Below, piece by piece: positions 63,341 to 64,000 of a stretch of 64,000 bases of DNA. How positions within the stretch are numbered: position 1 is the first letter of the stretch; every line of letters begins with the position of its first letter. The position numbers and the translations under genes were made by a program. A model generated the notes under the pieces. That model was not told where the DNA came from. It saw only the letters and a list, made by a program, of their open reading frames with translations, and made no database searches. Origin of the DNA: an archaeon (GTDB lineage: Archaea > Micrarchaeota > Micrarchaeia > Anstonellales > Anstonellaceae); assembly GCA_020056635.1 (NCBI GenBank), contig JAGVHI010000007.1:3078-67077 (forward strand), written 5' to 3'.

Positions 63341-64000
63341 TCACAGCACCGGCAGGTACCTCTCAATCTCCCATCCGCTCACCGACAGGCGGTATCCGTC
63401 CCACTGCTCCTGCTGCGCCTCAGTAAGCTTCTCATAAATGTGCTTGCCTAGAGCCCCTCTTACAACTTCATCATTCTCGAGCTCGCCCATAGCCTCCTTA
63501 AGCGAGCCGGGCAGCGTCTTTATGTACAGTTCCTTTAGTTTCCTGTCATCGAAATGGTACAGGTTCTCCTCAATCGGCTTTGGCGGCTCCATCTTCTTTT
63601 CAATCCCGTCCAATCCAGCCGCAAGCATCGCGGAAAATGCGAGGTAGGGGTTGCATGAGGGATCCGGGAACCGCACCTCCGCACGCGTTGCAGCTGTTTT
63701 CCCCTCAAGGCTCCTGGGAATCCTCACAAGCGCGCTCCTATTTGTCCTGCCCCAGCACACATACACGGGCGCCTCGTAGCCAGGCACCAGCCTCTTGTAC
63801 GAATTCACGGTGGGCGCAACCACTGCCGCAAGCGCCCTTGCATGGTGCAATATCCCCGCAATGTAATGCTTTGCGGTTTGCGAAAGCCAATATTGGTCAG
63901 CCCCGTCATAGAAAGCGTTCTTATTATCCTTCCACAGCGACTGGTGCACGTGCATCCCGGAGCCGTTTATCCCAAACACAGGCTTTGGCATGAATGAAGC
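63341..64000 (-). CDS. glnA: Glutamine synthetase type I, C-terminal part (5' end beyond window)
   Basis: FMPKPVFGINGSGMHVHQSLW and NSYKRLVPGYEAP motifs. The reading frame stays open to base 64000. Confidence 0.9.
   Translation of the reverse strand, partial: ASFMPKPVFGINGSGMHVHQSLWKDNKNAFYDGADQYWLSQTAKHYIAGILHHARALAAVVAPTVNSYKRLVPGYEAPVYVCWGRTNRSALVRIPRSLEGKTAATRAEVRFPDPSCNPYLAFSAMLAAGLDGIEKKMEPPKPIEENLYHFDDRKLKELYIKTLPGSLKEAMGELENDEVVRGALGKHIYEKLTEAQQEQWDGYRLSVSGWEIERYLPVL

Noticed and set aside
1-64000. CRISPR arrays, rRNA genes and IS elements across the whole window.
   Set aside because: Reading the intergenic regions revealed no regularly spaced repeats, rRNA-like sequence, transposase-like ORFs or terminal inverted repeats. 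Intergenic spacers are short and accounted for by promoters and hairpins.

Overview
This 64-kb window reads as a gene-dense chromosomal segment from an archaeon; the lineage cannot be assigned from sequence alone. Evidence for archaeal origin:
- a class I (archaeal) CCA-adding enzyme
- two tRNAs with introns at the canonical 37/38 position
- a DGGGP-synthase-type UbiA prenyltransferase and a RibL-type FAD synthase
- an AsnRS-paralog asparagine synthetase and an Lrp/AsnC regulator
- TATA boxes centred about 26-28 nt upstream of the start codons of first genes (leaderless pattern), with GGAGG/GGTG Shine-Dalgarno (SD) motifs before internal genes

Most of the window is housekeeping: cca, glmS, thrS, speB, purF-purQ-purL, asnS, rpiA, metK, a Glu/Leu-type dehydrogenase, transketolase, an aminotransferase, msrA and glnA. 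I saw no rRNA gene, CRISPR array, transposase or integrase.

The standout is a 12.6-kb five-gene minus-strand operon (15294-27971) between speB and purF. It encodes about 4,100 aa of very large proteins in which I recognise no known family. The operon has its own TATA box and strong SD sites. Two of the proteins are paralogs. Three of the five proteins (the 626-, 750- and 1347-aa products) carry small beta-sandwich modules, yet none of the five shows a secretion signal. One protein carries a possible transglutaminase-like Cys/His motif, and another ends in a long run of amphipathic beta-strands.

Other accessory features worth a look:
- a roughly 960-aa FHA-domain protein that shares a single symmetric TATA box with rpiA
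- a membrane-anchored wHTH regulator flanked by two paralogous secreted proteins, with a conserved operator-like motif upstream of each of their promoters
- a peptidoglycan-binding plus SLT-like protein in an archaeal context
- a lipobox protein with Myxococcus-type Cys-rich repeats
- a membrane-anchored HNH nuclease next to a large polytopic membrane protein and a VirB2/TrbC-like small protein
- a PurS-PurS-PurL fusion
- an asnA-like/asnS pair with a divergent AsnC-type regulator and two palindromic boxes
- a 25-aa hyper-acidic micro-ORF with its own promoter

All functional calls come from motif recognition by eye. No database search was run.
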